A stretch of DNA of 64,000 bases from Botryllus schlosseri. Its lineage: Eukaryota. Location: contig CM119372.1 in assembly GCA_051294905.1 (NCBI GenBank), forward strand, positions 22,074,001-22,138,000. The letters are read 5' to 3'. Under the pieces are notes generated by a model. It was not told the origin of the DNA, ran no database searches, and saw only the letters and a list, made by a program, of their open reading frames with translations. Positions 11,856-53,833 of this stretch are shown piece after piece. Each line of letters begins with the position of its first letter. Position 1 is the stretch's first letter. The position numbers and the translations under genes were made by a program.

Positions 11856-12785
11856 CATTCTGGTTGCTCTTTTTAATATTTGATGATATCATGAAAAGGG
11901 GGCGCTGAATTATTCACTATCATGAAGAGAGGCGTGCCTAAAAAAGTTTGAGAACCACAGTTCTAGAGTATAAATAGAAGAATGTGGATAGGAGTTTAAA
12001 GAGAGTTAAAAATGTATTATTTTTAGCATTGTTTCGAATCATGGCAGCAAGTAGACATTTTTTCAATTAATAACCGTCAATTTCTCATTACCTGACATGA
12101 ACACATTCACGCATTTATGAACAATGTAATTTTACAAATAAAATATCCAGGAGAATATAGCTAAAATGTTTCACTCGGCCCGCCAACGTACTTCGACTTC
12201 TGATTTGGTCCGCAATAACACTGTGCTGCGGTCGAAAATTCATTTTCAAGGGTCAAAGATGTTTTTGAATCAATTTTTCGCGCTGATCAATAAATGCAAT
12301 CAGTTTTTCTCAATCAGGTCAAGTTTTTTCTCCACGGCATGTTCAATTACGCTAGCTTTTGGTCATTATTCTTCACAAAGAAATTCATTTCTGTGGTAGC
12401 TTAATTCGTCATGCATGTGTTCATTTTTTGCAAGATGGTATTTTTATTTGAATTCAAGGTTTTGCACCGACAGCCGTTTTATATACCACTAAAATATAAT
12501 AACAAAGTTGAAATAAAGGCACTCACAATTACAACTAACCAACAAATCATAATTTAGCTCAATGGCGCTCAACCTGATAGAAGAATTAGAAGTTAATATG
12601 ATACACTATAGATAGCCTACTTGACAGCCCGAAAATAGCGAAAAGTAAGTAGATCACAAAATGTTACGAATAGAGTACTTCAAAAAAGTAGAAGTACTTC
12701 GTTACTGATCCCCTCTGCGTATTGGCAGTAATCCGAACCCACACAAACCCCCACGATTCAGGAACACTAAGATCGATGCGGTGAT

Positions 12786-12791
12786 TTTATT
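12786..12791 (-). promoter_or_regulatory. Candidate polyadenylation signal (AATAAA) of the R3H gene
   Basis: TTTATT on plus, ~1.4 kb downstream of the stop codon; alternative at 12443-12448. Confidence 0.4.
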
Positions 12792-14189
12792 GAAAATACA
12801 CAAATCCCTCCCACAAGACCACATGAAAAAAGTTTTAACAAATATTAAAATGTGATGTAAATAACTGACACACTTCTAACAGGCGCAAGCCCACTGTGTA
12901 GGCCCGCCTCCAGAGAAGTGAACGCGTCAGCTTCAATCTACATCACACTGGCAGCACGGACGATTGTCTACAGCACAGCGATCCAATCTCGTCCATTCAT
13001 CGATCGTTCTCCAAGAAGGGAATTCGCGAAGACATAAATTGCACGATAGATTATCAAGTCTTCGGGTGGCAATATGACGGGTCACGGCAGTGACGGTAAA
13101 TTATAATTGAGTTGTTAGACAGCATCGAATACAGGAAGTTCTACCGACTTTGCGTTTGAACAGTACTGTCAAAGTGCGTGCTCGCTGTGCGCATATCGCA
13201 GCTTGTTCTACGCTTAGAAATTTCACGCGAGCACACAGCCGGAAAAAATAGGAGGGTTCAGCAAAATCACGTAGAAACGCACACCGAATTTTTCCAACCA
13301 GGTCAGAAATTAAATCTGGAAAAGGGAGACACGTCTGTTGCATCCAACAAGAAAAGACACTCCGTTGCAGAGATGTCAGGAAACACGACAGAGTGAATTG
13401 ATTGAAAGCACGGGCAACTCGTCAGTCAAGGTACTTGTGCGGCGGCAAGAGACTTTGTGGAATCAAATCAAAAGTTTTTTCTTTCACGACAGCATCAAAT
13501 CGTGCAAAAAGTGACGCTCTCACGCGAAATAGGATCACCGCTACAAAACTGTTTCTGCAAACGAACATCTCCCACTTGATTGCCTTCAAAATATGCGGTT
13601 TGGAAGTGACAAGAGATACAAAAAGTGTAAACGAGAGTAGTCGCCAGCCGCGCGTAACGGTACGCGTCGTCGGCTTACGACAAGTACACAGAAAAAACGA
13701 TACGTGACAGTGATAGCACCGACATAGAATTGCGTTTTCCGATCCGGTGACACATGTCGTTAACCACAATAGTGAAAAATATGTAAGTACAAAAGCGGCC
13801 ATGATATTTGTGCTGTTGTTGTAAGGAAAAATCAAGGCATCGGGAGAGGTTTACGTGTCGTATAGACCAGTTTCGAATATCTTCCAACAGGACAATAACA
13901 ATGAGCTCCGACAGAAATTACAGGGGGCCAGCTAATTCCACGACTTGACTGATGGAAATCACGAAAATACGAGTCCTTGCAAACACAGGGTCAATGACTG
14001 TGACGGCAAGAACGAATCATGCCAGTCCAGTCAGGCATACGTCTGTGCGTCGACCAGTCACGTCGCCGCTTGTCGATCGATATGCGCGTTACCATGATCA
14101 GAGACAGACAGACTAACACGAGTCAGACGAGGGGCGCAAAAATGCCGGATAAAGAATGGGAGGGAATAGAAAAAAGTCGTAGAAAAACG

Positions 14190-42719
<28,530 letters not shown>

Positions 42720-43763
42720 TGTTAACTGTTCAAATGTTCAAAACCACCGAATCTTCAATCACTGCTTCCAATGATACACAGAATCAGCCCGTCTCTCCTT
42801 TTCAACCCCGTAAATGATGCACACGCATACTTCGGCTCAAAAATCTTCAATTAGAACTCCTAAATATGCATTATTCGATTACTATCAGAGAACCAAGTAA
42901 CTCCTGGTAAGTGAATAAATTCAGCGATGTTAATATTATACTATGCATAATTGCACTCCCACATGATACTAGCTGGTAGCTGCCATACCATCAAGGACAA
43001 AAACCCAAACGTCCAAATATAATCATATCACTACACTGGAAAGGCAGTAGTAGTAAGGTTGTATCAACTTACAAGTGCCAAACAATACAGTGAACTAATT
43101 TGATATATAGTTGGTTTGTGAGAAAGAAGTTAGGTAATGATATTACACATTACTCAAGTATCTTGCGGTTTGCCAACCCTCCCAAAACCAGGGCACACAC
43201 ACGTAAAATCTAACCCGGGAAATTCCCATATCTAACCAGGAGTGACATCAACCAATCACACCCAGCCGAAGGTCATAGAGGGTGAAGTGTTACGTCATTA
43301 GTTCAAGTCACTTTCGTTTTTTTTCTCTGTAAGAGGTAGGAAACTGCAATGTATCCATAATATTCTCTAGATTTCTTGCAATTCTGGACTGTAGGTATGG
43401 ACATTCTTATCAGAAGATGGACTGCACGATGATTTACCTGGTTGTGCAGCAGCATACCTTAGTCATCAAAACAATTACATGGTTTATGCAATATGCAGTT
43501 TCTAGTTTTACTCATGACGGCAATTTTATAGCTAGGTTGGATTTGGGAATCAAGATCGTTAAATAGATTCAAAATGAATCCGAAAATCATCTCATTAGAG
43601 AGCTGATCACCACGCGATGCTGGATTGGTACCAATACAGTTCATGTTATAAAAGTATTGTATCGTTGAATATCTGAAAGCAGATTATGTGGTTAAAAAAT
43701 GTATAGGTAAAGACTGTAGATTTGAAATCCATTCTGAAACACAAATTCACTAGCTTTTTTGAT

Positions 43764-44344
43764 AGGGTCCGTCTACTTAGTGCGTGTCGACTATGTGAGA
43801 TGTCGCAGCTATATACCGACTATGAAAATATGATATACAATCACTAATCATTAATCACCAGGCAAAGCGGCTTGATAGTTAAAGAGACAGTCTCAAGACG
43901 TTGATTCGGCTCCCACTGAGAAACTCTCATTATGACAATTAAAGTTTAGTTCAGTTGGTTTTACAATGAACGACCCACAAACTGCACATTCTATCTTAAA
44001 TTGCCCTAGTTCGTATTAATCACATCAGAAATAATGGAATTCCACAAAGGTTGACAAAACGGATTATATACCACAATACCACTATACATTCAAAATGCTC
44101 CCTTCGCAGGAATCTTCAGATTATCGTTGATCATAAATTTGAATTGGCGAGTTTGATGAAAGTTTCATGGCATTTTCGTGATGACCGTCGTCTTGCTTTG
44201 CAAATTGTTGTCAAGTCTTTTTGCTGACATACAGGAGCATTACAAACTGCTAATTGGAATGGTCGGAAGTGACTACCTACCAACATATCTGCGACATAGT
44301 CAACATAGCCAACATAGTCGATATGCACAAAGTAGACGGACCCT
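43764..44344. mobile_element. MITE with TIR AGGGTCCGTCTACT and GACTATG repeats
   Basis: 14-bp perfect TIR extending imperfectly; TSD not clear. Confidence 0.65.
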
Positions 44345-44837
44345 GTTTTACATATTTTAAAGATACTTCCAAGATCAAGGGGAAAGATTTATGTCCAAGA
44401 TGACAGTCACAGGTATAGCACTCTCAACTATATAGTTACCGGTGACAATTATATCATCAATAAATGAAAACCTGAGACGTATTTTGGCAATACGAAACAC
44501 CTATATCAATGCAGTGTGGAATTGGCTGCAACATCACGCGCAAGCGCAACAATAAGTTTCATTACTTTATGAAAGAAACCCTTTCGTTACACGCAACTCA
44601 TTGCCGAAAACAACCAGTCTGGTTTCCAGTCTGGATATCAACAGATAGTTTATACCACATCATATATACTGGAAACCAAGAGAAATCCTGTTATCTAAAC
44701 TCACGTATCAATGTTGACATCAGCCGTACGTATCATATATAAATGATCAGGTCGTAGCTCGTAGGTCTATTTGCAGACAATAGAACTTGTAGCTCATTCA
44801 ATTCATGTACGAGAAGTGAGACAAAAAGTAATTTTAT

Positions 44838-45520
44838 CGCAGTTGTAATGACTCGAGTCATGACTCGACTTGAGTCCGACTCGAGTCCCGATTTTCTGAT
44901 GACTCAACTTGACTCGAGTCATTTTCTCAAAATATGGAAATGACTTTATACTCGCATGACTCGAACCAAGTCATATGACTCGAGACACAGACGGCCAAGA
45001 CTGATATTTTGTTATAATTTCGAAGAATAGTAAAGTACTGTAACCACCCTATTGAGATTTCGTCTATTGGTACCAGTGCTTGAAAACCTGATTGGAATCG
45101 CTGGCCTTTTTGCCTGATATATCAGGTGAGCAGCGATGATTTTCCAAGTTAAAGTAATTTAATAAAAAAATAATTAAAAAATGAAATATAGTGTGAGCAG
45201 AGGACACCGATTCCATAAAGGCTTGAAAATGCGACCAGAAACTGCTAAAAGTGAGGAATATTAGTATATAATAAATGCGCATCATTCAGTATCACCAAAC
45301 AGAGTTATAAAAAGCGAGTTCAACAGGATTTTAACTGGAGACTGAGCAGTCAACACATTGACTTGGAGTCGGGTCATAATACCATGACTCGGACTCGACC
45401 CTCTGCTCAATGACTTGTACTCTGACTTGACTCGGTGGTGAGTTGAAAATGACTCGACTTGACTCGAGTCAAGTGAGATTGACTTGTGACTCGGAGCCTT
45501 GTGACTTGGTAACAATCCTG
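44838..45520. mobile_element. GACTCGAGTC-rich hAT MITE (family C)
   Basis: TSD AATTTTAT on both sides; degenerate CAGGGTTGTAA TIR. Confidence 0.85.
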
Positions 45521-46489
45521 AATTTTATGTACACTTCAGTGACAACCGTGAAAGGAAATATGTATTAGTATACTCATTCTGTTATCTTAGCCAGTCTGAG
45601 TATTTCACACAGTATACGATACCGCAATTTATAGATATATTATACAATTCACAAGTTAAACATTACAGTATCAATTAAGTTAACCCATACCAATTAGAAC
45701 AATAACAAACGATAACTGCATCAAATTTCAGAGTTATACTCCATTGTAACATACCTTCCATCCGTTAGTTCGTTTATCTATATTTTTCATAAATTCTAAA
45801 CACCAGCACACATACGCTACATGATAAAAACACCGTCCGTAGCCCGTAGGTATACCGTAATCGTTTACACTAATATATGTCCAGTGTAATTGGCAAAACC
45901 AAGGATATCACTCATATTAATTTACAAGGACTGATACTGCCGCATTCTCGCATGAAGAGCCAAAGAATCGCATGACTGAAATCGCACTACAACCATCGAG
46001 ACAAGAACAACTACCGGAAACGACAACAGCATCCAGATCTCGCTCGCCAGACGAGAAGCCGCGGCCACCACGAGAAGCACGACTTCTTCTGAATGGCATC
46101 CGCGCGAAATATCCATGCGTACATGGTCCGCGTTACGGCGAATATCGGCTTAGGCTACGACAAGATTTTGTTTGACCAGTGCTATAGTCATGCTATCCTT
46201 TATAATTGTGTTATAGACTTTCAAAAATAGTCACGCATAAATGTATATCATCGAGATTTTTATCAATTAACTGAACCTACGAATACACGACATAAAATTA
46301 GTGGGACGTGTAGAACGTAAAATTGAGATTGATGTACTCTACAAGTGTACGGTTGTACCATAGCAATTTACAGCGTAGCGTCTGTAGTTCATACAGATGT
46401 GCTCAATGCTTAATCAAGTTGTCACATTGCCATTGTAAATATGTTATTTCTGGAGTATTTTCAATAACTGGAAATAAGTAGGCCTACTA

Positions 46490-48832
46490 CTGCAAGCTTG
46501 AATGCCGTCACCAGTGAACAAATGCCCAAAGTGCATGAGTGGACGTCCCATAATAGCCTTCGGGTTAACGCTGCGAAATCCCAATTATTGGTCGTGAACT
46601 CCTGCGATAACCTAACCGTTGACATCGCTGACCAACCAATTTCCAACACTAAAAATGCCAAATACCTTGGTGTTTTACTGGACTCGGACATGTCCTGTAA
46701 GAGTCACATACAATCACTCAAACCACAACTATCGAAGGTATGTGGTCTTTTTCACCGCCTTAGCTACATTCTGCCGGTCAGCGTGCTGTTGATACTCTTC
46801 AACACTCTATTCCTATCAAAGTTACAATACGGAATTATTTGTTGGGGTGCTGCCTGCAAGAATACAATTGATCCACTGAAAAAACTTCAACATCGGATCA
46901 TCCGTATCATAACCAAAGCCCCACGGGGGCCTGGATGTGCAACTGATAAATCGCTTCTTAAAAGATTTGGTGTTCTAAACTTAGAAGATATGAGGAAGCT
47001 AGAGATTGCCAAGTTTATGTATCAGTTCCATTGCGGTCAATGTCCCTGAAATTTCAACGACTACTTCACCTCGGAGACAGAAGCGGACAAGTACAGCACA
47101 CGCGCGTCAACGAAGAACAAGCAGAGGTGGTCAAAGTAGTCAAGAAAGCTACTCAAGTAGAAGTAGAAGTAGCGGCGAAAAAATCTACTCAAGTACGAGT
47201 AGAAGTACTTCTTCCGTAAGTCACCTAAAACTACTTTAAGTAGAAGTAGAATTGACTGACTTTAAATCTACTCAAGTAAGTAAGTAGTTTTGAAAACAGT
47301 CTTAATTCGTTCACTTGGACTGTCAAAAGCTGCAAATTGAGCTATGCGGAAGGTGCAGAGAGCTTGATTCGTATTGATGCATCCCAGGAGGTATCAATTT
47401 TCGACAGAATATACATTCTTTCGCATCATGGGATGCAAATTATAGCATTGATATGAAAATGCGATACTAACCCTTTGTTTACTAGCAAACCCCGTTTTAG
47501 AGAATATCATGACATGACGCCCTACCCCATATTATAAGGCCCCAAGTTTAGGCGAAGAGCAATACGGAGAAGTTGTATCGGATACGGTTTCAACACTTTG
47601 CGAGATTAGTTAACGTTAATAACTAATATTGTGGATCGTAAAATTTATATTTAGTGAAGCTTTATTTTTGGAAAATAGAGGCATTACTATACACTTGCTT
47701 TTATGCTTCAACATGTATGTTCTGCAGACAAAAGAACTGAAAGTAATTAGGACTGAAAGTATGATACTCGGAATGCAAAGTTAAATATAAATACCACTTC
47801 TAAAAAGCGGAAAATATATATTTCATGTCTTTTGTCCATAAAGCTTCATAGGTGATCTGCTAAAACAGATGTAACGTTCAGAAAGCACTTTCCAGATTAG
47901 CCCGACCCGTCATAGGCTGCTAGATTACGATATGATAGGTAATTGCTCGATTGCGAATCGGTAGTTTTGTAATCTTATGGTGGGCCTTATTTACTGTGAT
48001 GAAATATTTGATGTGATGACAATGCGACAATGCGGTGTGAGCGGAATCAAGCAATCCGGTAACTAAATAATATTCACCGATACTTTCGTGAAAACATATT
48101 TGTCAATCCACATAACTACTGTGCGCGAAGCGCAGCAAAATTTCTGGGCTTTGCTTGACTTTTATGAACATTAAACGTTGGTACTCCGTGAAAACAGCCC
48201 CGAAATTCCTCAGGCTAGCTTTCGTATTGGGGGATTAAACTACTTCTACTTGACAAACTGAAAATAGCGAAAAGTAAGTAAGTAGATCACAAAATATTAC
48301 GAAGTAGAAGTAGAAGTAGAGAAAATCAGATCTACTTGAGTAAGTACCAGAAGTAGAGGAAAACTACTTGAGTACTTCCAAAAAGTAGAAGTACTTCGTT
48401 ACTGACCACCTCTGAGAACAACTACCATATGATCAGGACTGAATAACAAGAAAACGCATTGCTCTATCAAGTATGCAGAACCCCAATTGTGGAACAGCAT
48501 CTCGCCGGCTATCCGACAGTCGTCGAGCATGTGCGCATTCAAGTCGAAATACAAGCAATTTCTTCTAAATCAATACTAGCCAGTCTTCAGGATTACCGGA
48601 CCACGACCTAACATCGACCTCGCCCTCCGCCACATGCCACCCCATTTTGTCGCTTGCGTCTTATATTCTCTGCATTACTTTTCATTCAGTGTGCATGCCT
48701 CTTATTTACTTCGCCTAGGCTAAAGTGGGTGTCTGATCTTAATGGCTACTCCAAGTTGTTTCGACACCTTCCTATCTTTTCATTGTATCGCAGTCTTGTG
48801 ATGTTTTGAAACGATGAAAATATTAATAAACC

Positions 48833-48883
<51 letters not shown>
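46490..48883 (+). mobile_element. 5'-truncated CR1/L2-group LINE (RT C-terminus, 3' UTR, (TGAT)n tail), split by a hAT MITE
   Basis: LRVNAAKSQ, KYLGVLLDSDM, LQYGIICWG, LQHRIIRII; resumes after 48414 with PQLWNSI...AFKSKYKQFLLNQY*; AATAAA at 48825 and (TGAT)12 at 48833-48883. Confidence 0.92.
47122..48414 (+). mobile_element. AGTAGA-repeat hAT MITE (family E)
   Basis: TIR CAGAGGTGGTCA, TSD AGAACAAG/AGAACAAC; reverse-orientation homolog at 61352-62653. Confidence 0.92.
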
Positions 48884-48884
<1 letters not shown>

Positions 48885-49200
48885 GTGTAGACCTACACAG
48901 AATGTAAAAAAATCAGGCAGGTGTCACTCGTTGGAATGATTTACACTAGAAATCTGCTTCAGCAGAATAGATGCAGTCGTCCTATAGAAGAAAACTTTGC
49001 TTTTATCTATCATAATTTAGCAAATTTTGGAATGATCTCCACAAGTATCGGAAGATTGCTTTACTACGGCTACTATTTACATCTCTGTTCTGGATGACGA
49101 CGAAAAAGCATTACGCTAGCGATAGGTGTCGCTGTAAACCACAACATCGATTGTATTCAGATAGAACTCTCCATGCCAGCTACGCTGTAAATTGCTATGG

Positions 49201-49646
49201 TATTATGACTCGAGTCGAGTCCAAGTCATTGTGTTGACCGACCAGTTTCCAGTTAAAGTCTTGCTAAATCCACTTTTTATAACTCTGTTTGCTGATATCG
49301 AATGGTTCGCATTTATAATATTGTAATTTTCCTCATTTTAGCAGTTTCTGGTCGCATTTTCAAGTACTAGTACCAATAGACGAAATCCCAATAGTGTGCT
49401 TACTTTACTATTCTTCGAAATAACAATGAAATGTCGGTCTTGGTCGTCTGAGTCTCGAGTCATATGACTTGGTGCGAGTCATGCGCAATGACTCGAGTCC
49501 AAGTCGAGTCAATACACAGATTGACTCGAGTCGAGTCGAGTCATTTCCGTATTTTGAGAAAATGACTCGAGTCAAGTCGAGTCATCATAAAATCGTGACT
49601 CGAGTCGGACTCGAGTCGAGTCATGACTCGAGTCATTACAACCCTG
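49201..49646 (-). mobile_element. Truncated family-C hAT MITE
   Basis: Ends GAGTCATTACAACCCTG; reverse complement of the left part of 44838-45520. Confidence 0.85.
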
Positions 49647-51629
49647 GCCTATGGTTTAAAATCTGTCATTCAATTTGTATTTTAGTTGGTACTGTGTACT
49701 GACTAATAATAAACTCTCCTTAAACCCGTCTCTCTCTACGACTACTTTGATCACCGCTGCATATTTCCTAATAGAACCATAGTCGTTTAGCCTACAGCAC
49801 AGTGCTGTAAACGACTATGAAAGAACTAACGCTCGTCCGAAATTACATCCGTCCAAATTTACTAGTTACCGAGTGAAAGCTACCTATTCCTAAGAATATA
49901 CAATAATAATAATAATAATAATATCAAGTTTCTGCTAGTCGGAGCCGTTCAACTGAAAGTAAGCATTTAGGCCTATACTCTAGGGCGCGTCCTATTAATT
50001 TTTCTATCGTACTTTCTGTGCACCTCACTTTGCTAGATAAGCTGGCTATAGTAATATATAAAGAACCGGCGACAAGAATACAATCGTGTTTCCAATAGAG
50101 TAGAGTCCATGGTGGCTATACTACATATAGTCTCAAAGTTTCAGAAATAAAACTTGCGGCGAAGCCGATTTCCCAAAAGCATGTCGAAAGCGCATTCATG
50201 TCTCAAAAAGCACCTGTCTACAATGCAAGCTGTGTCTCAGTCGATCAATCTATAATAACATTATCATCATATGTTTCGTTCCCGCCGTGGAGCGGAGAAT
50301 GGACGAGGCGCAGGCATTGTTCATTGTTGATTTTATTGAAATTTTTATCGGATCTAAACACCGCAAGATTGCGATATGATGAAAAGATAAGCCATGTCTA
50401 GACTCCCAGGCTTTCCTTGGCGTTCCCGATCCATTGTCCAATTCGTCTATGCTGCCGTTCTGCAAGGCGCGCGGAGCATATATTTCCTCATCTTATCACT
50501 GATCCTAGTCTACTTACACTACACACTATTACATGGTGCGGCGTGGGGAACAGACAAAATTTATCACCGCAATTGCAAAGTGCAGTTTTCGCGCTTTCAA
50601 GAGTAGCCTATATACGTTCGGCAATCAAGCACATCCGTTGATATTACCTCGGTGAAACAGCGATCTTCACTTCGTAATTCCACAGGACGAATTATACAAT
50701 GCGTGCTTCGCGGGTAGGGAAATCGCTGTAGAAACTATAACGCCTACGCTTCATTATAACATCTTTGTTTGAAATTTATTGCATTTCAACTGCGGGCCAC
50801 TCTGTGCACGGCGCTGGCAGCATAAAAAAATCAACACTAAACGAGCATGCACCTTGACAATCTCAAAAATTTTACTTGGTTTGTTACAAAAGTTTGCTCG
50901 AAATATCAAGCTTTCCGTTTGTGAATAGTGACTCTCTGCTGTGAGCTTGACCCGCAATTACACAACATCAAGAGCGAAATGCACTAACCCATATATAGTC
51001 AATGTTCCCTCTAAGCTTCGCACGTGCACAAATGCTCAGTGCTGACACAGTCTCTGCGCACAGAAATTCCAAGTTGCGCACAAAAAATCCGAAGTAATGA
51101 CCCTTTTTTAGTCGTTACGCACTGTTGTCCAAGGGTCTGCGTAGTGAGTTGGTGAGTGTGCGCAGTCTGGTCAAAAATTTGAGGGAACATCGCCCATATT
51201 GCTCTTCAGCCTTTTTCGTCGTGGTGCACCCTTTTAACATTTACTCAGAACTCGTAGCCTACACCCCTGGCTACATAACACACTAAACCCGTAGTAAGCC
51301 TAATCCAGGGGTGTTTCTGTTCAACCTTTTTGCTACTCACGGCCGTCTTTCGATTACATATATATTATATATATATGGGATATATAGCATACCGCCGTAT
51401 AATTCGTATAACCGTATAATTCGATAATCTGAATATATTTTTGAATATCTGAACATTTCAAATATAACTATAATCAATAAATCGTCAGATTACATTTTCA
51501 TTTGAACAAGACAAACACAATGTACAATGCGATGTATTGAACAGATAGGAGGATGCCGAACGACCATGTTGCGGTTGCAGTTGCGGTATCTTAAACTGGC
51601 ATCCACCTTGGCTCATAGTGCCCGATGTC

Positions 51630-51899
51630 CAGAGGTGGTCAAAGTAGTCACCGTCTCTACTCAAGTAGAAGTAGAAGTAACGCCTGGATTTCTACTCAAG
51701 TAGAAGTAGGTGTGCTGGTTCACAAGTAAGTAAGTAAGTAAGTAGGCATTCTACGCTTATTTTTGCCTACAAAACTGAAAACTGTCAAGTAGAAGTAGAA
51801 GTAGTCTAAAATCATAACTACTTAAAAAGTAGTTTGAGTAGGCAAAATCTACTTCAAGTACTTCAAAAAGTAGAAGTACTTCGTTACTGACCACCTCTG
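51630..51899. mobile_element. Short family-E hAT MITE
   Basis: TIR CAGAGGTGGTCA, perfect TSD CCGATGTC. Confidence 0.92.
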
Positions 51900-52179
51900 C
51901 CGATGTCACAGCTCCTTTTTCGATGTTCGTCTCTATTGTGCGGCTCTTTCTTGATCTTTCCATTCTGTGTGAGTGCCCTCTCTCACCGGGTCTTTTTCTG
52001 GGCTTGGAGGACCCAGCATGGAATCGAGCCCGGGCCGCCTGGGCGGTAGGCCCTTATCGTCACCACTACGCTATCTCACCAAATTCTACAAATTTTCAAA
52101 TAGCTATATGGCCGATCTCAAATAACTCCCGTGACCCACCTTTTAAGAACCCCTGTAGAGGCTACTACGTAGACTATAC

Positions 52180-53774
52180 CAGTGGTTCCCAACCTTTTTC
52201 GACTCATTGCCCCCTTGTCAATCTCGACACAAATTTTCGCCCCGACACATATTTACGAATCCGAAAAAAGAGGACACATAAACGGAAGATTTATTTACCA
52301 ACTCTAATCGATGGTGAATTCACTAAAAAAAGGCCATTTTCCGAAGTGGTAGGTCAGGGGATTCCAAATTTTTTTCTTGAGTCACACTCGAAAAATTAGA
52401 ACACGCTCGCGGCACACTTACAAAAATGTGCTTTTGAGAAAGAATTTACCTGCTAATGCGATAGCTATGCTCATTCATACGAAGGTATATGCGACTGAAA
52501 CGAAGTTAGGTATATATCAGAGATGAGCATGGATTAGGATTAGGTTTTGAAAAAACAGGATTTGTGAAATTTTGTCGGATTTGGATTGGATTGGACATTT
52601 TTTTTAGAACGGATTAGGATTTGGATTGGATTTACATATTTTCTGGGAGATTGAAATGTCGTGTGACGAATGGCGACAAACTTTATTCAGATCAGTTATT
52701 AATGTACTTATGGTTATCAAGTTATCTTAAATCAAGTGACTCGTTGGTTGTGAAAGAAAATTTTCGAATCCCTCCGTTGCATAAATTAGTATTTTTTCTG
52801 AATTTCCAGTTGGAATCGGATTAGGATTGGACATGGACTTGAATATGAAAAAGTTATGGATTAGGATTAGGATTTGGATTTGAAGGTTCGGATTTGGATT
52901 GGATTAGGACATAGAAATTTCAAATCCGCTCATCTCTGGTATATATGGATTGCTGCATAGTGCATACCCGTATTTCGTCGTCAATTTCAAGCAGTCTCTC
53001 TCCAGCACAGCTTTTAATATCATTCAAAACAAAGGAGCTATATGCTCATTTATACGAACATATATGTAACTGAAACGAAGTTACATTGGACTGTTTTCGA
53101 CATATACCCGTATTTCGTTGTCAATTTCAAGCAGTCTCGTGTCTCGTTCGAGCACAGCTTTTCATATCATTCAAAACAAAGAAGCTATACGTTCACATAG
53201 TTATTGAGATAGAAATGGCAATCCCTACAAAGGCCATGGTGTCTATCATGATATGGGCTAGGATTTGAAATGAGACAACCATTTTTGTGGAAACAGCGTT
53301 TTAAAAAACGGGATGTTTCGTATATATCAATGAGCTGTTCTCCAATGAGATTGCTTGTTTCATTGCTTCCAAATGGACCGACTACCCATCTAAAGTTCTG
53401 GATAACAAATTGTGAGAAGAAATATTGCAATGCAAGTTGAAATCCAGGCAGTGTGCTCAGGTTTTGCGTAGTAATTTTATTTTGAGGAGATGCTTCACAA
53501 GTAGCGTGAAACGAATCATCGGCACATAGCAGCCCAATTATACAATGTGATAATTCATCTACTCATCAGCAATGTCATGATTTGTTCCATTGTTTCATTT
53601 GTCCATTGGTCCCGCGTCTATACTTTCCGTTGAGTTGACTTCTTTTTCGGGTTATATGCAGAGTAAGCCGTCTTCACGTGCATTTTTTGACCGTGTTCAT
53701 TAAATATATCACACTGGACGTTTTAACATTTTCGCCCGCTTGTTTCTCAAAATCGCCCACGTTGGGAACCACTG
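52180..53774. mobile_element. hAT (Buster-like) element with decayed transposase traces
   Basis: TIR CAGTGGTTCCCAAC, TSD GACTATAC/GACTAGAC; minus-strand WVVGPF..EQLIDI and RLLEIDNEIRV fragments. Confidence 0.75.
52518..52938. mobile_element. GGATT-repeat hAT MITE
   Basis: TIR CAGAGATGAGC, perfect TSD GTATATAT. Confidence 0.92.
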
Positions 53775-53833
53775 GACTAGACGGTCCGCTATATGAGCAG
53801 TTTATAGAAGAGAGAAACAGTGATATATTAGAC

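Larger units (their letters stand above)
46358..49200. mobile_element. TA-flanked TIR element hosting a LINE and a hAT insertion
   Basis: Perfect 22-bp TIR CCATAGCAATTTACAGCGTAGC, TA on both sides. Confidence 0.75.

Noticed and set aside
50198..52399. ORFs upstream of the gene as a divergent gene
   Set aside because: No domain similarity or consistent exon chain; partly overlap MITEs.
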